A DNA stretch of 57,527 nt from the NCBI GenBank assembly GCA_946497955.1, contig CAMMMH010000006.1:1-57527 (forward strand). Reading direction: 5' to 3'. A program made the translations under genes and the position numbers. The notes beneath the pieces are model-generated. The model was given only the letters and a program-made list of their open reading frames with translations, searched no databases and was not told where the DNA came from. Positions 17,956-29,400 of this stretch are shown one piece after another; position 1 is the first letter of the stretch, and each line of letters opens with the position of its first letter. The DNA is from an uncultured Mycoplasmatota bacterium. GTDB taxonomy: Bacteria > Bacillota_I > Bacilli_A > RF39 > UBA660.

Positions 17956-18873
17956 ATGTTTAAACAATTATTAACTCAAGTTCAAAATAAGTATAAAGAA
18001 AAGGTAGAAGAAAATGAAAAGTATAAAGAAATATTAAATAAAGTGAACACACTTCCTAAATTTTATAATTATTCCCATACTGGAAATGATAAACCAACTA
18101 TAAGTTATAAATTACTTATGGATATATGTCCTAATTTAAATGAAAATGATGCAATTATTTTAAGAGAAGTTATTCCAATAGATGAACTTATATTATCTTG
18201 TGTTTATGCAAATGAGTGTAAAACTTACGTTAAATTTTACTTTGTAGCAACTACGAAATATCTATGGCTTGTTAATACAGAAGGATATATTAAATATAGC
18301 TACCAAGACCTTACCATAGAAGTTATAAAAAATAGTATATTAAGTAAAACTATATTACTTAGTAATATGCTATTTAATATTAATGGTTCTAATGAAATGC
18401 TTTTAGCATTTATAAAGCTATTTCAAGATTCTAACTACAGAGAAGAGGAAATTAATAAAAAGTTAGAGAGTCTATGTAATACTATACCTAGAATTTTTTA
18501 TCTAAACGACCTAGCCTCTGGTATTAGTATTGGTATAAATAATGAAGTTGTTTTTCATACAAAAACATTCCATTATAAATACAATATTAAAGATATTAAA
18601 AACTATGAATTATTACTAGATAATACTGTTGTAGAAGATAAAAAAAGCAATCATAAAAATAGAATTATTGCCAATAAAAATAGTTGTTATGAAATGACAA
18701 TACGTATCACTACTGATAATAATACATTTCTTATTCCTATTTTAGAAAAGAATGATTTTTCTACTCTATATTCATATACTAGTAAAGAATTTAGAGAAAA
18801 TAAAGAATTTGCATCTAATATAATTGATATATTAGATGACTTAGATAACAAATTACTAAATGGAGAGTTATAA
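17956..18873 (+). CDS. Hypothetical protein (305 aa), possibly bacterial PH-like domains
   Basis: GAGGTGG RBS, long ORF; FVATTKYLWLV is weakly reminiscent of bPH domains. Confidence 0.7.
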   Translation: MFKQLLTQVQNKYKEKVEENEKYKEILNKVNTLPKFYNYSHTGNDKPTISYKLLMDICPNLNENDAIILREVIPIDELILSCVYANECKTYVKFYFVATTKYLWLVNTEGYIKYSYQDLTIEVIKNSILSKTILLSNMLFNINGSNEMLLAFIKLFQDSNYREEEINKKLESLCNTIPRIFYLNDLASGISIGINNEVVFHTKTFHYKYNIKDIKNYELLLDNTVVEDKKSNHKNRIIANKNSCYEMTIRITTDNNTFLIPILEKNDFSTLYSYTSKEFRENKEFASNIIDILDDLDNKLLNGEL

Positions 18874-18875
18874 CT

Positions 18876-19382
18876 TTATTTAGTACTACCTATTCTATTA
18901 AATGGTAAAATGATTAGACTAGTTCTACCTAATAACTGGTCTATTTTCATAAAACCTAACTCTCTACTATCTAGAGAGTTTTCTCTATTATCTCCCATAA
19001 TTAAATAAGAGTCTTCTGGAACTGTATCACTACCTAATTCTTTTATGTTAAAATCTTCTGTCTTACCATGTTTAAAGTTTTCTTTAACTTTCTTACCATC
19101 TACATATAAAGTATTATCCTTATATTCTATATGTTCTCCAGGCAATCCTATAACTCTTTTAATTAAGTATTCATCTGGCATATCTACTACAACTATATCA
19201 AATCTTTTAGGGTTATTAAAGTAATATGCAGTCTTATTTAAAATCATAATGTCTCCTTCTTCAAGGGTAGGATGCATTGATTCTCCATTTACTTTAATAG
19301 GTGTAACTATAAAAGCTTTAATAAATAAGACAACAACTATAATAATTATATATGGTAAAAATGGTTTTATTTTCTCTTTCAT
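18876..19382 (-). CDS. lepB: Signal peptidase I
   Basis: GESMHPTL (Ser), LIKRVIGLPG (Lys), MGDNRENSLDSR. Confidence 0.97.
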   Translation of the reverse strand: MKEKIKPFLPYIIIIVVVLFIKAFIVTPIKVNGESMHPTLEEGDIMILNKTAYYFNNPKRFDIVVVDMPDEYLIKRVIGLPGEHIEYKDNTLYVDGKKVKENFKHGKTEDFNIKELGSDTVPEDSYLIMGDNRENSLDSRELGFMKIDQLLGRTSLIILPFNRIGSTK

Positions 19383-19448
19383 ATCTAATCCTTTCTAACA
19401 CATTAATATTATACATCTAATTTAAGCTTTAGAAAAGAAAAAAGAGAA

Positions 19449-19796
19449 CTATTGTTGTCCTCTTTCTTTAATACGATATTGACCTTTACTATTTCTTAAA
19501 ACATTTCCTAATTTAGCACGTCTTACTTTACCATGTCTTAAGACAGTAATTTTAGCAATCTTAGGTGAGTGAATTGGGAATGTTCTTTCAACTCCTACAC
19601 CACTACTCATTTTACGAACAGTAAATGTTTCACTAACACTACCACCACGACGAGCGATTACAATTCCTTCAAAAGCTTGGATTCTTTCACGTTTACCTTC
19701 GATAATCTTAACGTCAACACGAACAGTATCTCCAACTCTAAATTCAGGAATGTTCTTATTAATTTGTTTGTCATTAATTTTGTCAATTACGTTCAT
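19449..19796 (-). CDS. rplS: 50S ribosomal protein L19
   Basis: [42 protein letters not shown]; ATG at 19796 after AAGGAGG. Confidence 0.98.
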   Translation of the reverse strand: MNVIDKINDKQINKNIPEFRVGDTVRVDVKIIEGKRERIQAFEGIVIARRGGSVSETFTVRKMSSGVGVERTFPIHSPKIAKITVLRHGKVRRAKLGNVLRNSKGQYRIKERGQQ

Positions 19797-19820
19797 ATAA
19801 GATCCTCCTTTACCTATAAC

Positions 19821-19854
19821 CAATGCTCATAACCAAAGAGCCAGCGGAACATTT
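19821..19854 (-). ncRNA. L19 leader cis-regulatory RNA
   Basis: Minus strand ATGTTCCGCTG-GCTCTTTGGTT-ATGAGCAT lies between an extended -10 (TGaTATAAT, 19869-19877) and the rplS RBS, matching the Firmicutes L19 leader pattern. Confidence 0.8.
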
Positions 19855-19882
19855 TTTTGACGTCTCTAATTATATCATAGTA

Positions 19883-21187
19883 TTAATCATTTTGTAAAGG
19901 ATTATTTTCACTTATTACTCTAACAATCGCTCTATTAGTAAAATCTAAGCTATTAATTACTTCTTTCATTGTTGTAATATTCATATTCTTAATAAGTTCT
20001 ACATAGTTAGTAATAACTTTATGATAATTAATCATATCATCTACTACAGTATCTACAATACTATCGGCATAATCACTTTTAATTACTTCACTAGATATCC
20101 AAACTTTTTTAATTCTCTCTAAATCTTCTTCTAATACATCTAAATTATTAAGATAATTCTCTAATTCTTTTAAATATACAGGATAATTCAAAACATCTGC
20201 TTCTACCATAAAAGTAACGATATTACCTATATCTTGAAAATAGTAACCACTTCTACTAACTAGATGTCTTTTTCTTATCATTTCTCTAAACTCTGAACTA
20301 GCACCAAAGCAAAGAGAAATTAACATATTAAGATATAAGTCTAAGGTAACTTTATTTTTTATAGGAAACTTTGATTTATCCATTTTAAAACCAATAGCAA
20401 GTTTTTCTACTTTTACATCTTTTTTTATCTCTTCATAGTCTTTAACTACTTTAACTGGTTCTTTATAATTTTTTATTTTAATATTATCACTTTTCTCTAA
20501 ATTAAATCTTGCTAAGGTATTGGTAGCAATTTTAACAACTTCATCTTGATCAACTGCCCCGCCTACTACTAAGAACATATTACTAGGACGATAGAAAGTA
20601 TTATAACAGTTATATAAGTCATCTTTAGTGATTTCTTTTATACTTTCTATAGTTCCAAGTATTGGTGTATTATAAGGAGATACTTTATAAAGATTTTTAT
20701 TAATAGTTTTATATGCTAAATAATCAGGACTATCATCATTCATCGCTGCTTCTTCACATATTATTCCTTGTTCTTTCTCTACATTTTCATCTGTGAAGTA
20801 AGGACTATTAACAAAAGTTAATAAATACTCTAAATTTTCTTTCATCTTCTTATTACCAGTTACAACATAACAAGTATTTTTATAACTAGTAAAAGCATTA
20901 ACATAACTACCTGTCTTAGCATAAAAATCAAAAGGCTTTATTCCATCTCTACTTTCAAACATCTTATGTTCTAAGAAATGAGCGATACCACTAGGAAAAG
21001 AAGTCATTTTATTTTTCCCAACAGGAACAAATTCATTAATAGCGGCTCCATAGTAAGTAACATAACTAAAGTAATAATTTTTCTTCTTACTAATCTTATC
21101 ATTAGGAATAATAATAATCTCTAAACCATTATCTAAGACTTCTCTATAAATAAATTTATCTACATTCTTTATCTCAATTTTCTCCAT
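19883..21187 (-). CDS. M16 family zinc peptidase (YmfH-like)
   Basis: GIAHFLEHKMF inverzincin motif, NAFTS, VEKEQGII. Confidence 0.92.
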   Translation of the reverse strand: MEKIEIKNVDKFIYREVLDNGLEIIIIPNDKISKKKNYYFSYVTYYGAAINEFVPVGKNKMTSFPSGIAHFLEHKMFESRDGIKPFDFYAKTGSYVNAFTSYKNTCYVVTGNKKMKENLEYLLTFVNSPYFTDENVEKEQGIICEEAAMNDDSPDYLAYKTINKNLYKVSPYNTPILGTIESIKEITKDDLYNCYNTFYRPSNMFLVVGGAVDQDEVVKIATNTLARFNLEKSDNIKIKNYKEPVKVVKDYEEIKKDVKVEKLAIGFKMDKSKFPIKNKVTLDLYLNMLISLCFGASSEFREMIRKRHLVSRSGYYFQDIGNIVTFMVEADVLNYPVYLKELENYLNNLDVLEEDLERIKKVWISSEVIKSDYADSIVDTVVDDMINYHKVITNYVELIKNMNITTMKEVINSLDFTNRAIVRVISENNPLQND

Positions 21188-22445
21188 TATCATCACTTCC
21201 TTCTAGAATATAAATTGTATTAATTTTAACTTTCTTAGCAACAGCGATGATTTCATCTTTTGTTACCTTTAACATCTTCTTACGTTTAGTCTCAATATCA
21301 TCTACTCCAAGTAGTTCTATCATATAATAACTCTCTATTATTTGAAAAGGGCTTTCAATAATATCATCAATGGCACTAGTATAGTATTCTTTCGCTTTCT
21401 CTACTCTATCATCATCTATTTTACCTGCTTCTAAGTCTTTTAATATCTTTTTTATTATATTAACTGCATCCATACTTTTATCTTTAGTAATACCACCTCT
21501 AATAATAATTAAATTATCTAATTTATTAGGAGTACTACTAACATAATAGGCAAGAGAATTCTTTTCTCTAACTTCACTAAATAATAAAGATTCTGAACCT
21601 CCACCAAGTATAGCATTATATAAAGAAAGAGGATAATTTCTTTCATAATCTGTTAAGTTATTAAGAGATAAAGTTATTATTAAGTTATCTTGTTCTGCTT
21701 CTACTTTTTCTTTAACAGTTTTAATTCTAGATACTTTTAAGGGCTCTACTAAAGCTTTTATAGGTTTCTTTTTAAAAGTATTTATCTTAAATTTTTCTCT
21801 TATAATATTGGTAATTTTCTCTTCATCTATATCTCCTAAAACAAAGATATCAACAAAGTTATGACTAATAACATTCTTATAGTAATCATATAAGTTTTCT
21901 TTAGTAATTTTCTCTAAGTCTTCTAAATAACCAATACCTCGATAACTTATAACACTTTTATTATCTGTAGCTTCTAAACCTTTAATTAAAGCGTAAGTCA
22001 TTTTATTTTCTACTAAACTACTAAGGTCTGCTTTATATTCTTCATAAACGGTATTAAAGTCTACCTCATCAAAGGCATTATTAGTAACTTTAGGGTTGAA
22101 GATAAGGGAGTCTAATAAATCTAAACTCTTCTCAAAGTTACCTTCTTCTGTATATTTATCATGTAATACTTTAAGACTAATTCCAGTATCTAAATAGTTA
22201 CCTATTCTTCTGTTAGTACTTGATATATTAACAGCATATAAGTCTTGTTCAGCTTTAGTAAGTTCTACTTTAGTTTTATAGTCATTACTTCCTAACATCA
22301 TCATCCGACTTAAGAAATTACGTTTCGTAATATTTTCTTTTAAGGCTTCTTCTCTAAAAAATATCTTAACAGTAATAGTCTTATAAAGGTTTGTTTTTAT
22401 TATATGAAGATTATAAGCTCCTAAATCTTTCTTTACATAATCCAT
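21174..22445 (-). CDS. M16 family inactive partner subunit (YmfF-like)
   Basis: ILGGGSESLLFSEVREKNSLAYY, no HxxEH; coupled to the active subunit. Confidence 0.88.
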   Translation of the reverse strand: MDYVKKDLGAYNLHIIKTNLYKTITVKIFFREEALKENITKRNFLSRMMMLGSNDYKTKVELTKAEQDLYAVNISSTNRRIGNYLDTGISLKVLHDKYTEEGNFEKSLDLLDSLIFNPKVTNNAFDEVDFNTVYEEYKADLSSLVENKMTYALIKGLEATDNKSVISYRGIGYLEDLEKITKENLYDYYKNVISHNFVDIFVLGDIDEEKITNIIREKFKINTFKKKPIKALVEPLKVSRIKTVKEKVEAEQDNLIITLSLNNLTDYERNYPLSLYNAILGGGSESLLFSEVREKNSLAYYVSSTPNKLDNLIIIRGGITKDKSMDAVNIIKKILKDLEAGKIDDDRVEKAKEYYTSAIDDIIESPFQIIESYYMIELLGVDDIETKRKKMLKVTKDEIIAVAKKVKINTIYILEGSDDNGEN

Positions 22446-22460
22446 ACTGCACCTTCCTTT

Positions 22461-23174
22461 CTATATAATCGCAGCTTCTAAAGCTAGAGTAATCATTTGA
22501 TTTAGTGACTGTTCTCTTTCTTCACTAGTTAGACTCTTCTTATCATAGAAAGAATCAACCACAGTCATTAGGCAAGAAGCTTCTCTATTAAACTTCTTTG
22601 CTATATAAAATAGTCCAAAAGCTTCCATTTCTACTGATAAGAAATCTTCATCTGGAAAATTGGATTTAAATTCATCAAGAGAACTACTATATAAATCAAA
22701 CACATCACTAGTAATAGTCTTACCAATTTTTAAAGGAATATTCGCAAGTTTAGCGGCTGTTTTAATATTTTCATTTAATTCTTCACTTGATGTAATAAAA
22801 TCAACTTCTTTACCATCTAATAGTTTTGGAAAATATGTTTTACAGTAAGCTCCACTAGATAATACTACATCTAGTACTTTAATATCTTTATTGAATGAAC
22901 CACTTGTACCAATTCTAATTATTTTCTTTACATCATAGAATTTATATAATTCATAAGAATATATTCCAATACTAGGAATACCCATACCTGAGGCAAATAC
23001 TGTTACTCTTTTACCTTTATAATAGCCAGTATAGCCAAACATGTTTCTAACTTTATTGACTATTTTATAATCAGTTAAGAAATTTTCAGCGATATACTTA
23101 GCTCGTAATGGGTCTCCTGGCATAAGTACTACCTCGGCAATATCTTCTTTTTTACTTTCAATATGAACTGTCAT
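22461..23174 (-). CDS. deoD: Purine-nucleoside phosphorylase
   Basis: MPGDPLRAKYIAENFL, GMGIPSIGIY, IIRIGT, VEME. Confidence 0.96.
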   Translation of the reverse strand: MTVHIESKKEDIAEVVLMPGDPLRAKYIAENFLTDYKIVNKVRNMFGYTGYYKGKRVTVFASGMGIPSIGIYSYELYKFYDVKKIIRIGTSGSFNKDIKVLDVVLSSGAYCKTYFPKLLDGKEVDFITSSEELNENIKTAAKLANIPLKIGKTITSDVFDLYSSSLDEFKSNFPDEDFLSVEMEAFGLFYIAKKFNREASCLMTVVDSFYDKKSLTSEEREQSLNQMITLALEAAII

Positions 23175-23304
23175 AATAACCTCCTTAAAAAAAGATTATA
23201 AAAATGTTAACTTTTTATAATCTTATTATTAACACTTCCTATTAAAATTATAACTTAATTAATTTAAAAAAGGAAGTTAAAAAATCTTAATATGTTAAAT
23301 AAAA

Positions 23305-24856
23305 GTAACTATTCACAGTCCAAAAAATAAATAACTGGAAAAATCAGCCAATTTATTAATTGTTGGCTGTTTTTAAATTTCTAAGTTCATCAACGGTATA
23401 TGGGCTATTATCAAATAATCTCTTTATCTCTTCATATTTATTAACACCATAGTTACCACAAGTTTCTGTGTAAGTTATAATATTGGCAAAACACTTAGCA
23501 GATTCTAGATTTTGAAATTGATAACTTATCTTCATCTTGGTCTTCAACATTCTAAGTAATCTTTCACATAGATTATTTGAATATGGTAAAGAAAAGTCTC
23601 TAACCCACTCAGTTATTGGTCCTTTGAAGTCTCTAATAAACTCTAATAGATTCTCTTCTTTAGTAAATTCATATTTATGATTGAACTCTATATATTCTTT
23701 AAAACCATCTTTAATAATAGAGTCATACTTACTATCAAAGTCTTTAATTTTCTCTTCACTAAAAGACTTAATTTTCTTTTCACTATATTCTTTTCTTTTT
23801 GTTAAAGTACTTTCCAATAACTCTTTCATTTTGTCTGCCCAATCATGTTTAGTATTTTCTACTATGCTTTGTAATTTCCTTGTTATATATGCATTACATT
23901 CTATGTTTTTATAACTATAATCTTCACAATAGTTATGTAATAAATGATCATGCATAACAGTACAATCACTAGGTAAGTTTTGCAATATACCATCTTCATC
24001 CATACCATCAGTATTTTTTGCAAGATGAGCTTTATACAAAACTTCTTTTCCATTAGTATAACCTCTAATACATCCTTTATCTTTTTCTCCTATTTTTGCA
24101 ACGGTATCATCCCAGTAATTTAATTTAGACTCTAATATCTTTTGTTTTACATCAAAAGTAAAATCTTTAAGCATAGAAGATGCTTTCTTTTGCAGTTTAA
24201 CAAGGTACCCTTCTTAAAGTAGTGTCTTCTTTTTATTATAGTAATTTTAAAATCTAATTCATCTCTTACTTTAACATTTATTACTTTAATATTTTTACTA
24301 TTACAATTAGGGCATTTATCCATAGTATGATTTACTTCTTCTGTTATTTCGTCATCATTAAATTTTTCTAATTTATGTTTTTTATGATCAATCTGTCCTC
24401 CTTTACTTTTATCAGTTTCTTTTCTTGAATTACATATTTTAGTTTTATATATAGTCTTTACTGCTAGGTAAACTTGAATTGTTTGAGTTAATGTTAAGTC
24501 TTTGTTCTAGTTCAAAAATTCTTTGATCTTTTTCTTTTATTATTTTCTCATATTTTTCAGATACTTCTTTAACTGCTTTAGTCAAAGCGGTTTCTAACTT
24601 TTTATCAAAACTTTCTTCTAAATATTTTAGTTTAGATGTTAGTGATTTTTTCTCTTCTATTAATTCAGAGTTTTTATCTTGTAATTCCACTAACTTCCTT
24701 TCTAATTCATTAACTCCAGTTTGTAATTTACCTAATGTATTCCCATATTTAAAACTCCTTTTATTTTCACTATTATCTTATCATATAATTATGGGATTTT
24801 ATCAGAATAATTGTGTAAAAAAGTAACTATTTCACTTTAGGGATGTGAATAGTTAC
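23305..24856 (-). mobile_element. Decayed IS66-family element
   Basis: TIRs gtaactattcaca (23305-23317) and tgtgaatagttac (24844-24856); flanks aaataaaa / aaatatat resemble an eroded 8-bp TSD. Confidence 0.85.
23356..24746 (-). pseudogene. IS66 transposase (TnpC-like) pseudogene with frameshifts and an internal deletion
   Basis: Fragments NSNNSSLPSSKD, KGGQIDH...CPNC, WDDT, ECNAY and YSNNLCERLLRMLKTKMKIS lie in different frames. Frameshifts near 24740 and 24445, and a junction near 24210. Confidence 0.85.
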
Positions 24857-24874
24857 AAATATATTTGTAAAAAC

Positions 24875-25910
24875 TTATTTATTAGGGCTAACTAATATCT
24901 TAACTGCTCCATCATTACCACTAGTTAATCTAAGATAAGCATTTTGTACTTCATCATAACTTACAATATCATCAACAAACTTCATAACTTCTATTTGTTT
25001 ATTGCTAATTAAATCAAGACAAGTTGCAAATTCTTCTTTAGTATAGGCAATAGCACCTTTTACAGTTAATTCATTCATAACAGCAACAACAGTTGGAATA
25101 CTAATAGGTCCAGTTGCTACGCCTACTAATACAACTACTCCACCTGGTCTAACTGTAACAAGTGATGATGTAACTGCACTAGCATTACCACAACACTCTA
25201 TTACTATATCAAAGCCTCCATTAGTATCAGAGATTACTTCATTAAGCATATTTTCATCAGTTGCATTGTAATATTTATCAGCAACACCAAGGCTTACTGC
25301 TTTCTCTCCTCTTTTGAGATTAGTTTCACTGACTGCAACAAAACTAGCTCCTTCTTTTTTAGCAAACATGGCACTTAAAAGTCCAATAATTCCTCCACCA
25401 ATTACTAAGACTTTAGAGCCTACTTTAACATCAGCAAGATGAATTCCATGTAGAGCAACAGCAGTAGGTTCAACCATAGATGCTTCTTCATCACTAACAT
25501 TATCTGGTACTTTTAAAACCATATCACTTCTTACTTTAATCTTTTCTGTCAAAGCTCCAGGATTATCTAAAGAAAGTCCTACAGCATGGGTCCAAGGTAC
25601 TTTTACAGTACTGGGGATTACCACTTAAACAAGCAGGACAATTACCACATGGAGAAATAGGTAAAGCCGTAACTCTATCACCTACTTTTAAATCAGTTCT
25701 GTTACCTGGATTAATTACTTCTCCACAAAACTCATGCCCCATTACTAATCCTACAGGTTCCCCCATCTCAAAATAATGTAAATCAGAGCCACATATACCA
25801 GCTTTTAATATTTTAATAACAACTTTCTCATTATCAATAACTGGTTCTTCTATCTCTTTTAATTCAAATTCTCTTTTACCTTTTAATGCAACAGCACGCA
25901 TCTTAATCAC
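24875..25910 (-). pseudogene. Zn-dependent (MDR) alcohol/polyol dehydrogenase split by a +1 frameshift
   Basis: GICGSDLH, GHEFCG and CGNCPACLSG..C in one frame; EPTAVALH and GGGIIG in the other. Junction ACC-T-TGG near 25595. Confidence 0.85.
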
Positions 25911-25955
25911 CTCTAGTTTAAGTTTAACATAAACAAGAAAGAAAAAGTGTAAAGT

Positions 25956-26411
25956 TTACTTATCTTTACACTTTATATAATCAAATAAAGCTCTACACCC
26001 TTTATCTACCTCTTCATAAGTAATAGTAAAGTTATGAGTATACCAAGGGTCATCTATCTCTTTACTATTCTTAGTAAAGTCTAATAGTTTATACACTTTC
26101 TTATCAGTACCAAATAACTTTTTCATAGATAGAACATTATAATCATCCATGCCAATGAAGTAATCAAACTTTTCATAATCACTTTTTAATAATCTAGTAG
26201 CATAATGCCTAGTATAAGGAATATTATGTTTATCTAGGATACTTTTAGTACCAGGATGAATATCATTACCAATTTCATCATCACAAGTACCACGAGACTC
26301 AACTAAAAACTCATTCTCTAATCCTTCTTTTTTTACCAAATCTTTAAATATAAACTCAGCCATTGGACTTCTACAAATATTACCTAAACACACAAAACAA
26401 ACTCTTATCAT
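25956..26411 (-). CDS. Low molecular weight protein-tyrosine phosphatase
   Basis: VCLGNICRSPMAE P-loop, DPWY. Confidence 0.96.
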   Translation of the reverse strand: MIRVCFVCLGNICRSPMAEFIFKDLVKKEGLENEFLVESRGTCDDEIGNDIHPGTKSILDKHNIPYTRHYATRLLKSDYEKFDYFIGMDDYNVLSMKKLFGTDKKVYKLLDFTKNSKEIDDPWYTHNFTITYEEVDKGCRALFDYIKCKDK

Positions 26412-26422
26412 GCTACACCTCT

Positions 26423-29400
26423 TTATTCATTATTAAATTTTAGTAACTCTCTAATATCATCAACAGATAAGTTTTGAAAACTCTTATACTCATCACCATC
26501 ATTTTCTATTAACTTATCACTAAGTATCTTCTTCTTTGCTTGTAAATCAAGAATCTTCTCTTCAATAGTTCCCTTAGTAATTAGTTTAATAACTTCAACA
26601 GTATTCTTTTGTCCTATTCTATGGGCTCTATCAGTCGCTTGATTCTCTGCTTGGGGATTCCACCATAAGTCTAAGTGAATTACGATATCAGCACTAGTAA
26701 GGTTTAAACCAGTACCACCACTTTTTAACATAATTAAGAAGATATTAGTATCATCTGTATTAAACTTATCTACTAATTCTTGACGTTTCTTACTACTGAC
26801 AGAACCATCTATAACGTAACTAGTAATACCTTCTTTAGTAAGATTATCTTTTACGATATTTAAAGCCGTTCTAAAACTAGTAAATAAAAGTATTTTATGG
26901 CCATTAGACACTGCTTCCTTAACAACATCTGTTAAGTGTTCTATTTTAGAAGATGTTTTATTAAAGTTATCAAAGATAATCTTAGGGTCAATACAAACTT
27001 GTCTAAGTCTTGTTAATAATGTAAGTATCTGCATCTTATTCTTAGAAAAACCTGCACTTAATAACTCTTCCATCTCTTCCTTAGTCTCTTTAACTAAAGC
27101 CGCATATATCTTCTTTTCTTCATCACTTAAATCTATATAAATATTATTCTCTATCTTATCAGGTAAATCTTTTAAAACTTCATTTTTCTTACGTCTTAAG
27201 ATAAAAGGTTTAACTTGACTTCTTAATTTACTTAAAGTCATATTAGTATCATCATCAAAGTTTTCTCCTATCTTATATTTCTCACTAAACTTAGATTTAT
27301 TAGCAAGAAAACCTGGCATAATGTAATCAAAGATACTCCATAACTCTATAATAGAGTTTTCAATAGGTGTTCCTGTTAAAGCTAATTTTATTTCACTATT
27401 AATACTCTTAACCGCTTTAGTTAACATAGCCGTAGGATTCTTAATATTTTGTGCTTCATCTATAACCATAACTTTAAAGTTCATCTCTTTATAGATATCT
27501 AAATCTTCTCTTAATAATCCATAACTAGTAATATAAACATTACCATTATAGATTTTTAATTTATTATGTCTATCTTTCTTTAATCCTACAAAGATACTTC
27601 TTTTAATATCATCACTGAACTTCTTAAATTCATTATCCCAGTTATAGACTAAAGCCGTAGGACATACTATTAATATTTTAGCATTCTTATCTTCTTCTAA
27701 TACTCTTCTAATAAAAATAATAGTCTGTAGGCTCTTACCAAGTCCCATCTCATCAGCAAGTATACCTCCAAGTCCACATTTATAAAGATTATAAAGCCAT
27801 TTAACCCCCTCTTTTTGATAGCCTCTAAGTAGTTTATCTTCACTCTTAGTAAAGTTAACATCTATATCTTTATATTCTTTAAAGTTCTTAACAAATTCAT
27901 CAAATAAATTATTAGTCTTAATAAATCTATTTTTACTTCTTAAACTATCAAGATAAAGGGCTCTAAACTTAGGTATTTCTCCCCTTTCTTCATCAAGGTC
28001 TAAATCTTCTTTTAACTCCTCTAACTCTTTAAGAGAAGGGTCTAATAAGTCTAAGATATCACCACTTTTTAATCTATAGTACTTCTTCTTATTCTTTAGA
28101 TTTAAAAAGATATCATCCAACTCACTAGGACTTACATTATCAAGTTTAAATTCATAATTTAAGATATTATCAGTACCTATACTAAAAGATGTTGAACCTT
28201 TTACTTTCTTAATTAAACTTGTATTCTTTAACTTCTCACTAGTAAATACTTCATAAGTATCAGTTAACTCATCTATCCCATTTTCTAAAAAATAACCTAC
28301 TTCATCTATATCATGAAGTTTAAGTTCACTATCAAAACCATACTTAGTAAGTTCTAAGAAGACACTTCGCTCAAACTCTTTATCTCTAACAACATTACTA
28401 TTATCTTTATCTAAATAATTTACCTCTATATCACCATAAGTAAAGATAATTTTACATTCTATATATAACTCTAAAATATCAAAATATAACTTTACAGAAG
28501 GAGTCTTAACTATAACTAAATCATCTACTGATTCATCAAGTTCTACTTTATCTTTTATACTAGGAATTACATAATCTTTAAAGCCTTTAAAATTCTTATC
28601 AGAGAAAGTTAAACTATCTACCTCTTCTTCCATAATATTACTAGCAAGTATAGTTTCTTTTTCATTTAGTCTATAAATACCATTCTTATCTATTAAGTAA
28701 CTATAATCATTAGTTAACTTCTTTAACTTTGTTAAATCATAGTCTATTTTTAAGATATGATTATCATCTTCTTTAATAATTTTAAAAGTAAATGGCAAAT
28801 GATTAACAACAGGTAATTCTCTATTAATATTAAATCCTTCTACATAAATACTATCAACTATAGAAAATAAGTCATCTAAACTCGTTTTAGTAGGTACTAA
28901 GTATGAATCATATCTATAAAGTCTTGAGTATGCAAGTTCTATAAAGTTTATTAGTCTTTTACTTTCACTATTAAAATAGTATTCTTTATTACTAAATGCA
29001 AACTCTTTACCAAACTTAACTTCTCCTCCATTACGATATCTATCTATAAAAGCATTAACTTTAGTACCTAACATATAAAGTTTATTAGTACCCACTTTAA
29101 ATCTTAATTCAAAAGATTCACTATCATAGTAACTATAATAATTATAGTAACTTTCAAATTTTAAATAAGGAATAACTCTTGCTTCTTTTTTAACAATGTT
29201 TTTATCAAGAGAAGTTCTCTTTAATTCATTTAGTAAAACAGAAGCAAGAATGTTATTATGTTCTTTTTCATCAAATAAAAAGTATTCTCCTTGAAACTTA
29301 GTAAGGACAGCAGCGACATGTTTACATGAGTCTGTCAAAGAAAATTGAGGACAAGTACAGGAAATATCAGATATTTCTTTATCATCACTATCAACTTCTA

